From Rhina ancylostomus (taxonomy: Eukaryota), in contig JARFYF010000052.1 of the NCBI GenBank assembly GCA_030265395.1, positions 124,275,050-124,339,049 of the forward strand: 64,000 bases of DNA, in the 5' to 3' direction. The notes below the pieces were generated by a model. That model searched no databases. It saw nothing but the letters and a program-made list of their open reading frames with translations, and was not told the origin of the DNA. How positions within the stretch are numbered: position 1 is the stretch's first letter; every line of letters begins with the position of its first letter. A program made the position numbers and the translations under genes. Below, piece by piece: positions 1 through 12,830 of the stretch.

Positions 1-518
1 ATTTGTTAGACTGCAGTTCTGGTTGCCACACTACAGAAAGGATGTGATTGCACTGAAGAGAGTGCAGAGGAGATTCACCAGGATATTTCCCGCACTGGAG
101 GACTTTAGCTATGAGGAGAGTTTGGAGCAGGTGGATTTGTTTTCCCCGAAGTGAAGGAGGCTGCGGATTGACCTGACAGAGGTAGATAAAGTTATGAGAG
201 GCATAGATTGGATAGTCAGAATCTTTTTCTCATTATGGTGGTGTCAAAAACAAGAGAACATAGGTTTGAGGTGACACTTAAAGGGGATCTAAGGGGAAAT
301 TTTAAAGAGGAAATCTGAAACACACTGACAGAAGAGGTAGTGTAGGTAGACACAATCGTAAAGTTTAAGAGGCATTTAGATAGGCACTTGAAGAAACAAG
401 CCTTAGAAGGATATGGATCTAATGCAGGCAAATGGGATTAGTATAGATAGGCGCAATGGTCTGCATGGACATAATGGGCTGAAGAGCCCATTTCAATGCT
501 GTATGACTTCATGACTAT
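1..518 (+). mobile_element. CR1-clade LINE (HER1-like), 3' end of ORF2 plus 3' UTR, decayed
   Basis: Translates to QFWLPHYRKDVIALKRVQRRFTRIF (CR1 RT C-terminal motif). Ends in the tail GCTGTATGACTTCATGACTAT. Confidence 0.9.
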
Positions 519-3500
519 AAATTAATTGAACTATAAGCATATTCTAGACTGGTTTCTCTGGAGTAGTTTCTAATATATTTCCAGTTAATGTTGAATCTCA
601 CTGTCAGGCCATCTAAAATGCAAATTTATTGCAGACCTGGAATATTTTTTCAATATGTTGCTAAGGTCTTCATCAAATACTACCAGAATATTTCAGCCTT
701 TAATAGTAGCTCTCTTGTCAGGCTACTGATTCAACCAATATTATACCTCTATTGTACTATCAAATTTATTATTTTGAATAACAATTAGAACAAGCAAGAA
801 GACCTGTAAAGTTAATGGTAATTTAAAGTAGAAATCTGAAATCCTTTAATAATCAGTTAAAAACTTAAGAGATACTGGGGCAAAAAGGCAGGTCAGCACT
901 GCAATTGAATTAGTCTACTGTATCAGCAGAAATCTCCATTTGTGCATAAGGATGAGAAACTTACTAGGCTCTTAGTTTATAAATGAGCTTAGTGGTCGAG
1001 CAGCATTGAAAATGCAGATTAATAAAGGAGTCAGTGACCTGGTTACCAGGACTGTCAGTTAAAGAAAGAGCATTAGGCTTAGAGGCTGTTAAAGAAGTGA
1101 TAGGGGTCATTAACAAAGAATAACAATAGCACTATACTGATTGGAAGTGTTGGCAGGGATTGTGAATAGAATGAAATAAGATGGCCAAGGCTCTCACTGT
1201 GCAATTATGGCAGTCTGTGTGATGACTGCAGGGCATATCCTAGAAATTATTCACTCTTTCCAAAATGTTTTTCTATTTTTCATTGATGTTTATTTTTCCA
1301 TTTTGATCTTGGACTTGTGGCAAAGAACCTTTTGGAGCAAAAGGAAAAGACTTTTGAAATAAGACACTGCTGATCCATTAAAACCCCAAGTGCATAATTT
1401 TTGCAATTTTTATTTCAATTTTGTTCAACCAGTGTAAAACTCACACTGAGGTGAATTTATCTCGCATGTAAGTACACAATAACCTTTCAGCAGCAGGGGA
1501 GTTACATTAGAATAGAGATTCACTCTTATGAAACGTATGACTTTAGAATAAATCTGGTGTCTGCACCATGTGATGTAAAGCCAAAGCTTAGTTAAATAGA
1601 AATGACGTGACACTCAGTAATGGTCCCAGCCTGTATTCCAGTTCTATTTTTAATCAAGATTGCATTTTTAGGATACCTATCAACTGATATAAAGAGAGTT
1701 TATTTGTCTGCTGCCCTTTTTGATGGCTTTTTTTTTGCAATGCAAGTTGATAAGACACCTCACCAGAGGACAGAAATATGCTGCCACACCTCACTGTACC
1801 TAATTTTAATGGACATTTTGAACAGCTCTGAAAGCATCCTGCACTTGGCACTAATATTAAAAACAACTATCCCCATATAAATGTTGCAAATATAAAAATG
1901 TTCTCAAAACTGCCTATTTTTATCTGACCCCTAGTTGATGAGTTGATGCACATAAATATATCTCTAATTTTCTCCTACTTAGTCTGTTTCTGGACATCGA
2001 CTGGATCTCAGAGGAGAGCTCTTTCTATACTGACACCAAGGATGCCTTCTGTCTTACAGCAGGTTATGCAGCATTTCTGCAGAACAACCTGAGCATTCTT
2101 GAGATGAGATTTACAAACTGTCTGAGAAATCCATTTCTAATATTTCCCTCTATAATTTTGTTTTAACTATCAGTTTTTAACAATGTAGTTATTTAACAAT
2201 CTTAGAATATCTGTGTTACCCTTATTGTTAAAAGGGAAATGCTATATCATCATGACATAAGTTCTTTCTCCTACCACTCTTTAGTTATCTGTCTGTCACA
2301 TTTGTGTGCCACTCCTCAACGATCCTAATTATGCTATGCATGTCACATTTGCCTCCCACTGATTCCTGCTAGCCATGTCTTCAGGGCTGTTGCCTCCATG
2401 CTGCACAGATATTGATTTGGAATCTCTCATTTATTCCTGATCCCTGCTGTCTTTGCCATAACCTTCACCTTTCAACTCTGCCTCCTTTATATTCCTACTT
2501 AAAGCATGTGCCTGATTTCCTTAGTATTATTAAATCTGACAATCTGGGCCTAATTATAGATAACTTAATTGTATTTGTTATATATTATGCCAACACTGAT
2601 AGGAGCAAGCTGGGAAGAGGTCAAGATGATTCCTGACCCCTGAGTGTATGGTTGTTGGAACATGTACTCAATTTACATTGTTCTGGGTCGTTCCTAGTGT
2701 ACCTGAATATATCATAACCTGAGTAGATTTTCTTGTGACTTGTTGCAGAAAGAGATAATGGGAACTGGATTCAATTATGAATTGAAATATTATATTTCAA
2801 TAATTTAACAACTAAATTGCACTTATGGAGAAGCAAAGGAATTTTAATTAGATACATTAATACAACTTCTTTAATGTATGAAAACAAAAAGCTGTGGAAA
2901 GAGGAAAAAATGATGCTGAATGACTTGAGAAATTAGGGTTACTGACTAAAATTTGATGACCGGTTAGTTACAGGGTTTGATGAATGGTTCGTGACCAAAA
3001 TTAGTGAGTAAAATTTGATGGCTTGGAATGGTCTTTAAGGAGGAAGATAGGTAGAGTAGGAGAACTTTAGCAAGAAAATTCCATGACTTATTGGTGAGAA
3101 AGTCAAAGAGGTAACAGAAATTGGGAATGGTTGTGATCTGAGACACAGTTCCCAGGAAGGTTACAAGACTGAAATGATTATAACACAAGAATTTATCTTG
3201 GATCTCATTGGATGAATAGGAAATGATGCAAGATAGGATACAAATAATAGATTAGACAGCTTGATGGAGTATGAAAGATGGGAGGCCAGCCAGGTGATCC
3301 ATTAGAATGTGCAAGTATAGAGGTAACCCAAACGTGTAAGACCACTTCAACACCAGATCAGCTGAAGCAGGATAGATATGATACAGTGTTCCAATCCTAA
3401 AGGTAATGCAAAAGGTGTTTAATGTCTTTATGTTCATGTGGTTTATAATAATCTAGGATATATTCTTGTATGCCCAGATAGATCACAACAAATTAGACTG

Positions 3501-4884
3501 GCGCCTCAATTTTGGGCTGAACATAAAGAACATTCTGATCTCAGTTATTTTTAATTCTGTATTTGTGCAATTTGCACTCCCACAGTCAGTTCCTTTTATT
3601 GAAAGGCCTAAATGATCAATTTTATCTCTGATATCCTACCAATCAACAACCAAGGTATATCAAGATTATCTTTGCCTTCAAGTTGTGTATGAGGTTTGCG
3701 TTGTAAGGGTTCTTCCTGCTTGGTATGATATCTGCTTTCCTCAAATGTTGGTTTGCAGATCTGCCAACACAGTATTTCAAAGCTGATAAGTAGTTGTCAG
3801 CACTCTTTGAAAGTGAATGGTGGCATATGTCACCTCCTTTGGGAGAGGAGAGGTTAAAAAGCAAAATTAAGTCAATATTGTCTGAATATGATGGAGGGGA
3901 ATGCTTTAATCTTATCTCAGCATAAAAGGATTATTTTTAAACTCGTTTGAAATTGTGAAACAAGTGAAATGTAGATAAAATTTCATTTTCAAAATTTTAA
4001 GCATTTGGTTTTTAATTTAATTTCATGCAATTAATTTCACTGGGAAGTACAAGTTCTACCAACCCACATGCTTGGTCTTCATTTTCCTCTTGCAAATGTT
4101 ACTGCAATTAACTTTTCCCATCTGCAAGGACTAAGAGTCTGAGCCATTTTATATATTTCTACCTTGTGAAGTACAAAAACTTTTCACAGTATTGCCAGTT
4201 AATACACAGTTAGGTTGGGCAATTTGCTAGTATTTTCTATTTCATTTTGTAGGTTGAAAGTGAAAGTCATTTTGTTAGAAGCGAACATTCACATTTATAT
4301 GATGCTAGTATGTAATTTTACCTCATTCAACCAAACTATTCTGGACTACACTCAGACAAAAAAGATATCAGTCACTTTAACTGTAGTTGCTACAGTAGTC
4401 TGGAGGTGAGCCTAATAACATTTCCTGTTCAGAGGAACATGAGCTCTTACATCTATCAGGAATATTGTGGCTTGAGTACAGCAGTTCATGAAAATCCAAT
4501 GATAATGGGTAGGTTTTCCTAATAAACAAAAGATGCAGTCAAATATGGGTATGAATGAAAGGGATTGAAAATTTCAGAAAGAAAATGGAAACAGGAACAA
4601 AATATTTGATACTGTATCTACAGAATCATTCTTTTCCTAACTGATAATCAAGAATACAGTAATTTGTTTCTTTTTGAAGTTATATTCTGATAAACAATAT
4701 TAAATTGTGCAAGGTTGCACTTCAGTGTTCCCAGTGAAAAATTTAACAGATTCCAAATGGTTGAAAGAGCTTGTCTAAGTTCCTGACCTTTGAAATGTTA
4801 CTTCATAAATAGTTGATTTTTTTGTAATATTGCTCATAAATTTCCATTTTAAAGAAATTTTTTCTGCAGCTTTTTTTTTTGTAA

Positions 4885-5196
4885 ACAGCTTAATCCTTGC
4901 CACCACCAATTTCCTGACTATTGTCCATTTTCTTGTCTCTCTCTTTCTGTCACATACTATCTTCATCAGATGTTATTTCACATGGGCCATCATGCCTCTG
5001 GAATTTGCTCCCCAAATGTCTCTGCCCTCTCCTTTAAGACAAAGTTAAGGTCACCTACTTTGATCAAGTTTTCGGTTATTGGTCCATGTGTATCCTTACC
5101 TGGGTCAGTGTCATATTTTGACCAATCATGAGTCTCTGCAGCACTCTGGGACATTTTGCTATGATAAACACTCCTTAAATGCTGGTTGTCATTGTT
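4885..5196 (+). mobile_element. Old L2-clade LINE 3' end
   Basis: CTCTGGAATTTGCTCCCC...CCTTTAAGAC...CTACTTTGATCAAGTTTTCGG...AAATGCTGGTTGTCATTGTT resembles the L2 3' end at 45390-45582. Confidence 0.55.
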
Positions 5197-8100
5197 AGCT
5201 CTCCTCCCTTCCCATTTCTCCTATCTCTTGACATCCCAACGTCCCCATTGTTAATGTATATTTCCCCGGTGATCTAGCTTTGTTGTTTCTGTTGTGTTGC
5301 CTTTTGAATCTGTATAATATGGTCTACGCTTTTTAAAGTGAATCTTTCATTAAATGGTGTAAACAATTCTCAGTCAGTTTGTAATCAAATATTAAATGGT
5401 GAATGACTTCTACATTGAAATACCCATGGCAGTAATTTTAAAAAAATATTTACAATGATTGAAATAAATGGTTTGAAATTTGAATAGAATATATGTTGAA
5501 AAAGCTCAAAGTACAAATCAATAGTGGGCATTTAAATAGCTTTGTGACATCAGATGGGCTAACAGCCTCGCTTTGTTTCTTGCTGACGTCACTGTAATGA
5601 ATGCTGTTGCCTGCTTATGTCAATTAGTGGCTATGGTTATAGATTTTTTTTTCATTCCTGATGATTCTTCAACTATTTAAGTCTGTTCTTTTAATAAATA
5701 ATAATGTTAATGAATTATTTTAATTATCTTTTATCAAAAATGTTGTTATTTAGTATCAGCAGGACCTCAACATTTCAGTGTTTTTATTTATTAGTCATAA
5801 ACTGAATATTTTGTACCTATTAAATATTTGTACAAGTTCCAACCATTTGTAATATTAAAATACTTATGTAATAAGTATGTAGGTGCATATGTGTTTGTAT
5901 TTTAAGATTAGATGCATTCATGTGCAGTTTTGTGCATTATAAGTGTTGCTTCATGCTGCACAACAGAAGGACTATCCATGTTGGCAACAGGCCTTTCAGC
6001 ACATAGCTGCTATTTTAGTTTTATGTCTGGTAGCATTTTCACTCTCCATTTCTAAATTATTGTAAACATTTGAAAGACAAATGTGGGTTCTGCTTTTTGA
6101 CAGAGAATATTTTATATTTTCAATCAATGTTTTTATTTTGGTATTAAATTCTGCAGGTAATAGAATATGCTTTATGAGTAGCAATTTTGTTTTCACAGAG
6201 TAAGATTGGATATGCCAGAGTGTACACAAATGTTTTCCTTTATCTGTTCCTTGACAGTATTCCCTTTTTTTAAAATAAGTATTTTGATATGTAAATTTAA
6301 GTTATCCACAGCTTGTATATTATAAATATCCAAGACCAATTACATGAAGAATTATTGTATACATTGGCATTGTGTGGGAAATAAACAGATACTTGGGAGT
6401 GACTAAATTGACAATTATGTATAAAGTGATTGTATTGTGGAAAGATATTGCATAGATATTATGCATTGCTGCAGGCAATTAAACCAAATGAAAGATTTCA
6501 TTTGGATGATGTCAAAGTCTTGGAACTGAAGCTGATTTGTTTTCGATCATCCTTTGGTACTCAGATTTTGATAATACCTTTGTGTCTATTATAATATTCA
6601 CAGTATTTAAATTTAACACTGTTCTGTTTGTCTACAGCAGCAACTCTGCATCTGAATGCTGATTTTCAGACTATCTATGATGACACTTTAAACCAAAGAG
6701 TTGAAAATTTTTATGTAATTGCTATTGGCTTACTAAGGAAAATAAGATGAGGCTCTTTACTGAGGAAGTCCACATTCAATGCAGAAAGTCATCAGTGAGG
6801 AACAATAGTAATTATTTTACTGATCCCTAAAAGATGTGCAGAATTCATTCAGGCTTTGGTATTTATGAGACTAATCACATTTTGTGTTCACAGATCTTGG
6901 TTAAGTGTGTTGCAGTTTCTTCTGTCCATGCGTCATATAGATTAAATTAAATGTTCAACTTGAAGACACTTCAAACTGATGGAGAAGAATATTCACTTTT
7001 GTAATCTAAAACTTACTTTTTATTCAAATGTTGATAAATGTGTGTTGTGATCAGCTGGATCATATATTCAAGGTTCAATTTGATAGTGTTAGGTGTGTTA
7101 ATGTGTTAGGAAACATGATTCAATAAAGCAAATGCTTTTACAGCACTGTGGTTTTTCATTTCTTCATAGTGATTTCTTGATAAAATTAAAATGATAATGA
7201 TATTAATGCATAAGTCACTTATAATCACATAATATTCTAAAAGATGGAAATGACACGTAACAACACTTGTTGTATATGGATGGTGTTAAAAAGTCAATCG
7301 ATTCAGAGGTTATCCCTTGTATGTGTCACACTGTAAATTGTTCAAAGTAGAGGACCCTATTACAGTTATCAATCAAAAAGTAACAGGCTTTTACTGAATT
7401 GTTCCCCTTTAAATAGCCCTTGCACCTCTAGGGTGTTTTAGATTCATGGAATATCAAGAAAGAATTTCTTATGGGATCGGACAGACTAAGTGAGGTTATT
7501 CTAAAACTTATCTTCATGGCACTGAGAAAAGTCTCTTGAAAATATTAATTACTTGCTGATGAAAGGACCCACATGAGCTCCTGCCCTTCAGTAGCCAGAA
7601 CAAATGACTGTTCTTCGTTTTGGGGTAAATAGTAGCATATGTGTTTATGGGCATTACAGGTGATTCTGTACCCATATTGATATTTCCGCAGATGTACCTC
7701 ATGCCAATCTGGGGCAGGAACTTTGGCTTTTTTTAAATTTCCTATTCAGATAACTTGTGACTTTACCAGCACTACCTTATGCCCCACTGATTGAATCCAA
7801 AATGATTAGTATGTCACCCTTATATTAACTAGCTAATCGGCTACAAGGATTTCTTCTTCAGTTTTAAAGATTGTATTTGCCACGAATTGTCATTGTCTGT
7901 AAACATGATTTTCATGTTGGTTTCCTTGTGGTATGTGGAAAAAGACCACCACCATGCAAATTTTGTCTTATTTAGCCGAGATTGTGACTGGTGAAAGGGC
8001 TTTGTGCTTTTAAAATTTGTGACCTGAATAATGCTTTTTATCATGCCTAACTAGTGTGAAAGAACTGACAAGCTCCCGGACTATGCATGTGATCAGTTAG

Positions 8101-8409
8101 TAAAATCCAAAAGAGACTGTTAGTGATTCCCTGCTCCTTCACTGGATGTGCTTTCAAGGCCTTCTCCAGTGTAACCTTTGGAAATCAGTGAGCTGACTAC
8201 AGTGTGGCTACGAACAGGCAATGCCTACTGTGAAAAACACAGGAAGTATTATCTTGGTTGGATAAGATGATACTTAATGACCTCTCTAGTTCAAAACAAA
8301 CCATAAATGTCATTCATTATCTCCTGGATTAATTATAGAATTCCTTGATTTTTATTTTAAGTTCAAACCTTATAAAATATTTTAGTTAAGTATTAAATTT
8401 TTTAACCTC

Positions 8410-8530
8410 CTGATTGGTGGCCTGTGAGATTCTTCATTGGGGTTGGTTGCTCAGCCAGCTGGATGACATCACTGGATCTCAGAGATGCCCTACAGCTGTG
8501 CCCTGACAGCAACTGACATCAGAGGTGAGT
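8410..8530 (+). promoter_or_regulatory. Candidate weak promoter or short exon with a consensus splice donor
   Basis: ATTGG (reverse CCAAT) at 8413 and 8436, TGACATCA at 8464 and 8514, and AG|GTGAGT donor at 8524/8525. Confidence 0.25.
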
Positions 8531-9519
8531 GCAATCACATTGCTGATAACTGTGAAGTCTATCAGTTGTTGCATATTGATCTTTGGAAATAGAAGCAATT
8601 TGTAGGGATAAATTAAGTATTACACATCTGTTTGTACACCATTAGAGCTTTTTCAAGTTGTAGTGGAGGGTAGTAAGTGAGTGAGTATTAGAATTGTAAT
8701 GTTGATACTCGGCAAACTCCTCCTGTAATTTTCTTTTTTAAATTGATTAATGGCTTTTGAAAGAATATGTCTTTAATCATTTGAATGAATGCAACAGCAA
8801 CAGATGTTCTTCCAGAACTAATCACGACCTCAAATGCGAGCAATGAAACTTGCTTGATGTCTGGACTGTCTAAACCTGGACTGTCTAAATATTCAAGTGG
8901 ATTATTGTACTGAAGTACCAATGGACTAGTGCCACTTAACCATCCTTGGACTTTGTGCTTGATAGTGTTTGTCAGAAGAGACCTGCTGTTCCTTTTCATT
9001 TGCTTTTGTTAGGTTACAGGAGTTAATTGTGTTCCTATTTGGATCTTAATCTAAAATTTCTATCAAAAAAAGAGAGATCATTTTCAGTGGTTTAGGAATT
9101 TTATATTCAAATATCCCTTGAGAAGAGTCTTGTCAATACCACTACAAATTTTGACTTGTGTTGAAAAACAACAGGTTAAAGCTGCCTGCAAACAACACTG
9201 TTGCCTCAAAGGGAGGAATACTGCACTCCCAGTGTTCTGTTGACAATGTGTATTTCAAGCCTAAACTTAGGCATGAACATACATTAGTAAATTAATTCAA
9301 TAATGTGAAGATAAACTGGGAAGAAGTCACAAGATATCTTGGAAGGGGCGTGGTTTCCAGATGACACAGACCTTGAGAATAAATCTGTTAAATGCTTCCA
9401 AGTCACCAATAAAATTATTAGCTGGCCAGTAGAGTTCCAATCTTAGAGCTGATGGGGATGTAAAACCTTATGCTGCGATGTGAAACAGATTTCACAGTTT
9501 CACGTGTGACTGTCTTGAG

Positions 9520-10045
9520 TGTGCTTCCAGATCATCCTGGACCTTTTTGCTCTTGAAGTGTACTTATCAGCAACACCTGGCTGTAGATATTTCCTTCTGC
9601 TGGAAGACCAGCAGGTTCCGGGCAGACTGCAGTGATTCTTTCACCAACTTGATGGTCTTCCATCAGCAAGTGGTGCTTTCTTTTAGCTGGAGTTGTGACC
9701 TAGGGGAAAAGGAATTTGCTCTTTTTGAGACTTATGGTCCAGAATGTCAAGCACAATCCAGTCTTGGAATTGATAGTAATACATCTCTCTTCACAACTTT
9801 CTTGTTAGTGGGCTTTCCACAGAAGGTCTTGTTCCCAATCCAGTTTGCAATGGTAACAAGGCCCCTTGTGAGTTGGATGGGCCACAGGAAGAAAGACTTC
9901 CTTGCCTACATAAAGATGTATTTTGGTCAGTTCCAAAGAGAGAGAGTTTTGCCACATCATCAACCATATCATAGTGAAGATTTTGAATTGAGTCCATTCT
10001 TTTTTCCTTGCACATTTCAGACAGATCATTCTTGACAGCTTTGCA
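9520..10045 (-). mobile_element. Tx1-clade (L1 group) LINE, ORF2 C-terminal relic
   Basis: Minus strand gives WQNSLSLEL... and C*WKTIKLVKESLQSARNLLVFQQKEISTARCC, matching the Tx1 ORF2 C-terminus as I recall it. Contains stops and frameshifts. Confidence 0.75.
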
Positions 10046-10051
10046 ATTGAG

Positions 10052-11166
10052 AGAACACAAGAAAATAGTAGGGATTAGGCACCAGCCCCCTCAAGCCTCC
10101 CCTGCCATTCAATATGATCACAGCTGATCTATGCTGGCCTCAACTCTTGTTCTGTGCTAGTTCCCCATAATCCTTAATTCCTTGATCTTTCAAATATTTA
10201 TATATCTCCACCTGAGATAGATCTAATGATCTGGCCTCCACCAACCTCTGGGACAGAGAATTCCAGAAATTCACTGCCCTCTGAGAGAAAAAATTTCTAC
10301 ATACCTCAGTTTTGAATGACCAGCTCCCTATTCTTTAGCCATGTCCCCTTGTTTGTGACTCCCACTAGTGAAATCATTTCAAAATCTAAACTGTAAAGCT
10401 CCTTTAGGAGCTTGTATGTTTGAATAAGGTCACCCCTCCTTCTTCAAAACTCTTACGGACACAATTGTCTAACCTGTCTTGATAGGACAACCCTCTTATT
10501 CCAGCAATTAAAAAAACAAGACTCTGGAGGAACTCAGTGGGTCAGGCAGCATCTGTGGAGGGAAATTTACAGTCGGCGTTTCAGGTCTATTTCCCTCCAC
10601 GGATGCTACCTGACCTGCTGAGTTCCTCCAATTTTTTTGCTCCAGATTCCAGCAACTGCAGCCTCTGTGTATCCCATGAATTAGCCTGGTGAATCTTCTT
10701 TGGACTGTCTCTAATGCTATCATATCCTTTTTAGGTAAGGGTTAGTATTCAGCTGTGACCTCACCAACGCCCTGTACAATTGTAACAAAATCACTTTGTA
10801 ACTCCAACCCCTCCACAATAAAGGCCAATGTGCCATTTGCCTCCTTGACTACTTGTTGAATCTGCCTTCTAACTTTTTGTGGTTCATGCACTGGAACACC
10901 TAGATCATTCTGAACTCATTTGCTGTCTCTCACCATTTAGATAATCATCTTTTGATTGCTCACACTTCCCCACATTAAACTCCATTTATTTTCACCAAAT
11001 CGCTCACTCTATCTATATCCTTTTACAGAATCATGGTATCCTCAGCACAACATGCCCTTCTACCTATTTTCATATCATCACCAAACTGGGAAACCTTACA
11101 TTTCATTCCCTCTGCCATGTCACTAATGGAAATAGTAAACAATTGAGGCCAAGAACCGATCCCTGG
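10052..11166 (-). mobile_element. CR1 LINE, 5'-truncated, interrupted at about 10511-10672
   Basis: Minus-strand peptides KCKVSQFGDDMKIG and IALETVQRRFTRLI. CR1 3' tail at 10052. Confidence 0.9.
10511..10672. mobile_element. Inverted dimer of the Penelope terminal repeat, inserted in CR1
   Basis: 42-bp arms at 10525-10566 and 10589-10630 differ at 4 positions. Degenerate flanking duplication CCAGCAATTA / CCATGAATTA. Confidence 0.75.
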
Positions 11167-11189
11167 ATTTCTTTTGGAGAAGTTTTCCA

Positions 11190-11993
11190 CCAGGAGCAGG
11201 TGAGGGTATACAGTGGATAGGTGAATGAGTAGCAATTGATCTGGAAAACGAAGTATAATCTGGGAGAATGTTAAATTTTCCATTTCGGCAGGGCAAATAA
11301 AAAAGAATATTGTCTAAATGGTGCAAAATTACAGAACTGAGATGCAGAGAGATCTGGGTATCCTAGTAGATTTACAAAAGGCTGGTATGCAGATACAGCA
11401 AACAATAAATATCATCAGTTATCATAGGGGAACTGAATACACAACTGGGTAGGTTATGCTTCAGTTATATTGAGCATTGGTGAGACCATATCTGAAGTCA
11501 AGTGTACAGTATTGGGCTTCTTAGTTGAGGAAGGGTGACAATATGTTAGAAGCAGTTCATGGAAGGTTTACTGGAACAATACCTGGAATGGGCTGATGGT
11601 CTTGTGAGGAAAGGTAAGGCAAGCTAGGCTTGTGCTTGCTGGAGTTTAGAGGATTAGAGTCAAATTTATTGAGACTCGAGATCTGGAAGGGTCTTGACAG
11701 GTTGGATGTGCAGAGGATTTTCCCTTTAGTAGGGGAACTTAGAACTAGACATCACTATTTCTAAAATAAGGAATTTCTTGCAGAGGGGTGTGAGGGTTTG
11801 GAATTCTCGTCCTCAAAGGTCAAGGGAAGCAGACCTTTGAATATTGTTGAGGCAGTGGTAGATATTTGATAGAGCAGGGTGTTAGAGATTAGCAGGGTAG
11901 ACAGGAATGCAATCAGATCAGACCAGAATCATATTCAATGGTGAACCAGCCTGTCGGGACCAAGAGACCTACTCCAGTGCCTAATTTGTACGT
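11190..11993 (+). mobile_element. CR1 LINE, 5'-truncated
   Basis: Decayed RT C-terminal motifs (FHFGRANK, RDLGILV, LVRPYL, VQYWAS) followed by a 3' UTR ending in CCTACTCC. Confidence 0.85.
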
Positions 11994-12539
11994 GTCAGAA
12001 AATTCAGTGTGGGCAGAATTAGTTGTCTCAGAATGGAGGCAAGTAGATCTGCAGGTTGTAGAGTCGAACTCCTCAGCAGCAAGAAAACTGATCTGAAATC
12101 CAGAACTTCTTCCCTTGTGGCAATGAGGCAACAGCTTAGCAGGAAAGGGTCTGCCTCAGGTCAGCAAGGGTGGGCAACCTGTTGTCTTTACTAGTGATAT
12201 CCCCATCCCGGGATGCCTGATCTTGGAGCAAAATATCAGCAATGGAAAATAAACAAAAAGCGTTGTGGACACAGGGTTGGACATCTTTCCAGTCTGTTTA
12301 TCATCTGATATTTACTCTTCTGGGTGATCTGCTTAAACTCCTTAGTAATTACGGGGACCCATATTTTGAAGCATAATTTTGCTTAAAACTTTGTTTTATT
12401 GTGTAGAGTCTGAGTGTATTTTCAAAATATTTTAATACATGTTGAAACATTCATACAATCTTTTGGACCCCATATTTTAAAGCATAATTATATCTTTTCT
12501 GCCTGATTTCGCATTTGCCCCTTGCCAATTTTTAAAACG

Positions 12540-12830
12540 TATTTGCATGCCACGCAGTATTTTCTCCTCCACACCGTTATATGGATGTGCAATGTAATAG
12601 AAAGAGGTGTGTGCTGGCGCTGTAGGTAGACTGTTGCCTCTTTAAGGAGCGCAGGCTGACGCTGTGCGGATAGAGGGAGTCAGATGGCTGTAGGCTGCGT
12701 CGCGCTCTCTCAGCTGCGCCAGGAGCTGTCCAAACGGTAGGATATATACGTATAAATAGTTTCATAATGAAGGTGCTGCAGCATTTTCTCCTAGTCCGGA
12801 TGCTGGTCGCGACGTGAGGTTAATTTTCTA
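12540..12830 (+). promoter_or_regulatory. CpG-rich candidate promoter and first exon
   Basis: About 14 CpGs in 12610-12820 against a CpG-depleted background. Octamer ATTTGCAT at 12541, TTTAAG at 12641, ATG at 12684 (CAGATGG), possible donor CG|GTAGGA at 12736/12737. Confidence 0.55.

Noticed and set aside
8861-8889. CTGGACTGTCTAAA occurring twice
   Set aside because: A trivial 15-bp slippage duplication.
9547-10035. 162-aa + strand ORF
   Set aside because: It is antisense to a Tx1 ORF2 relic and has no recognisable protein features.
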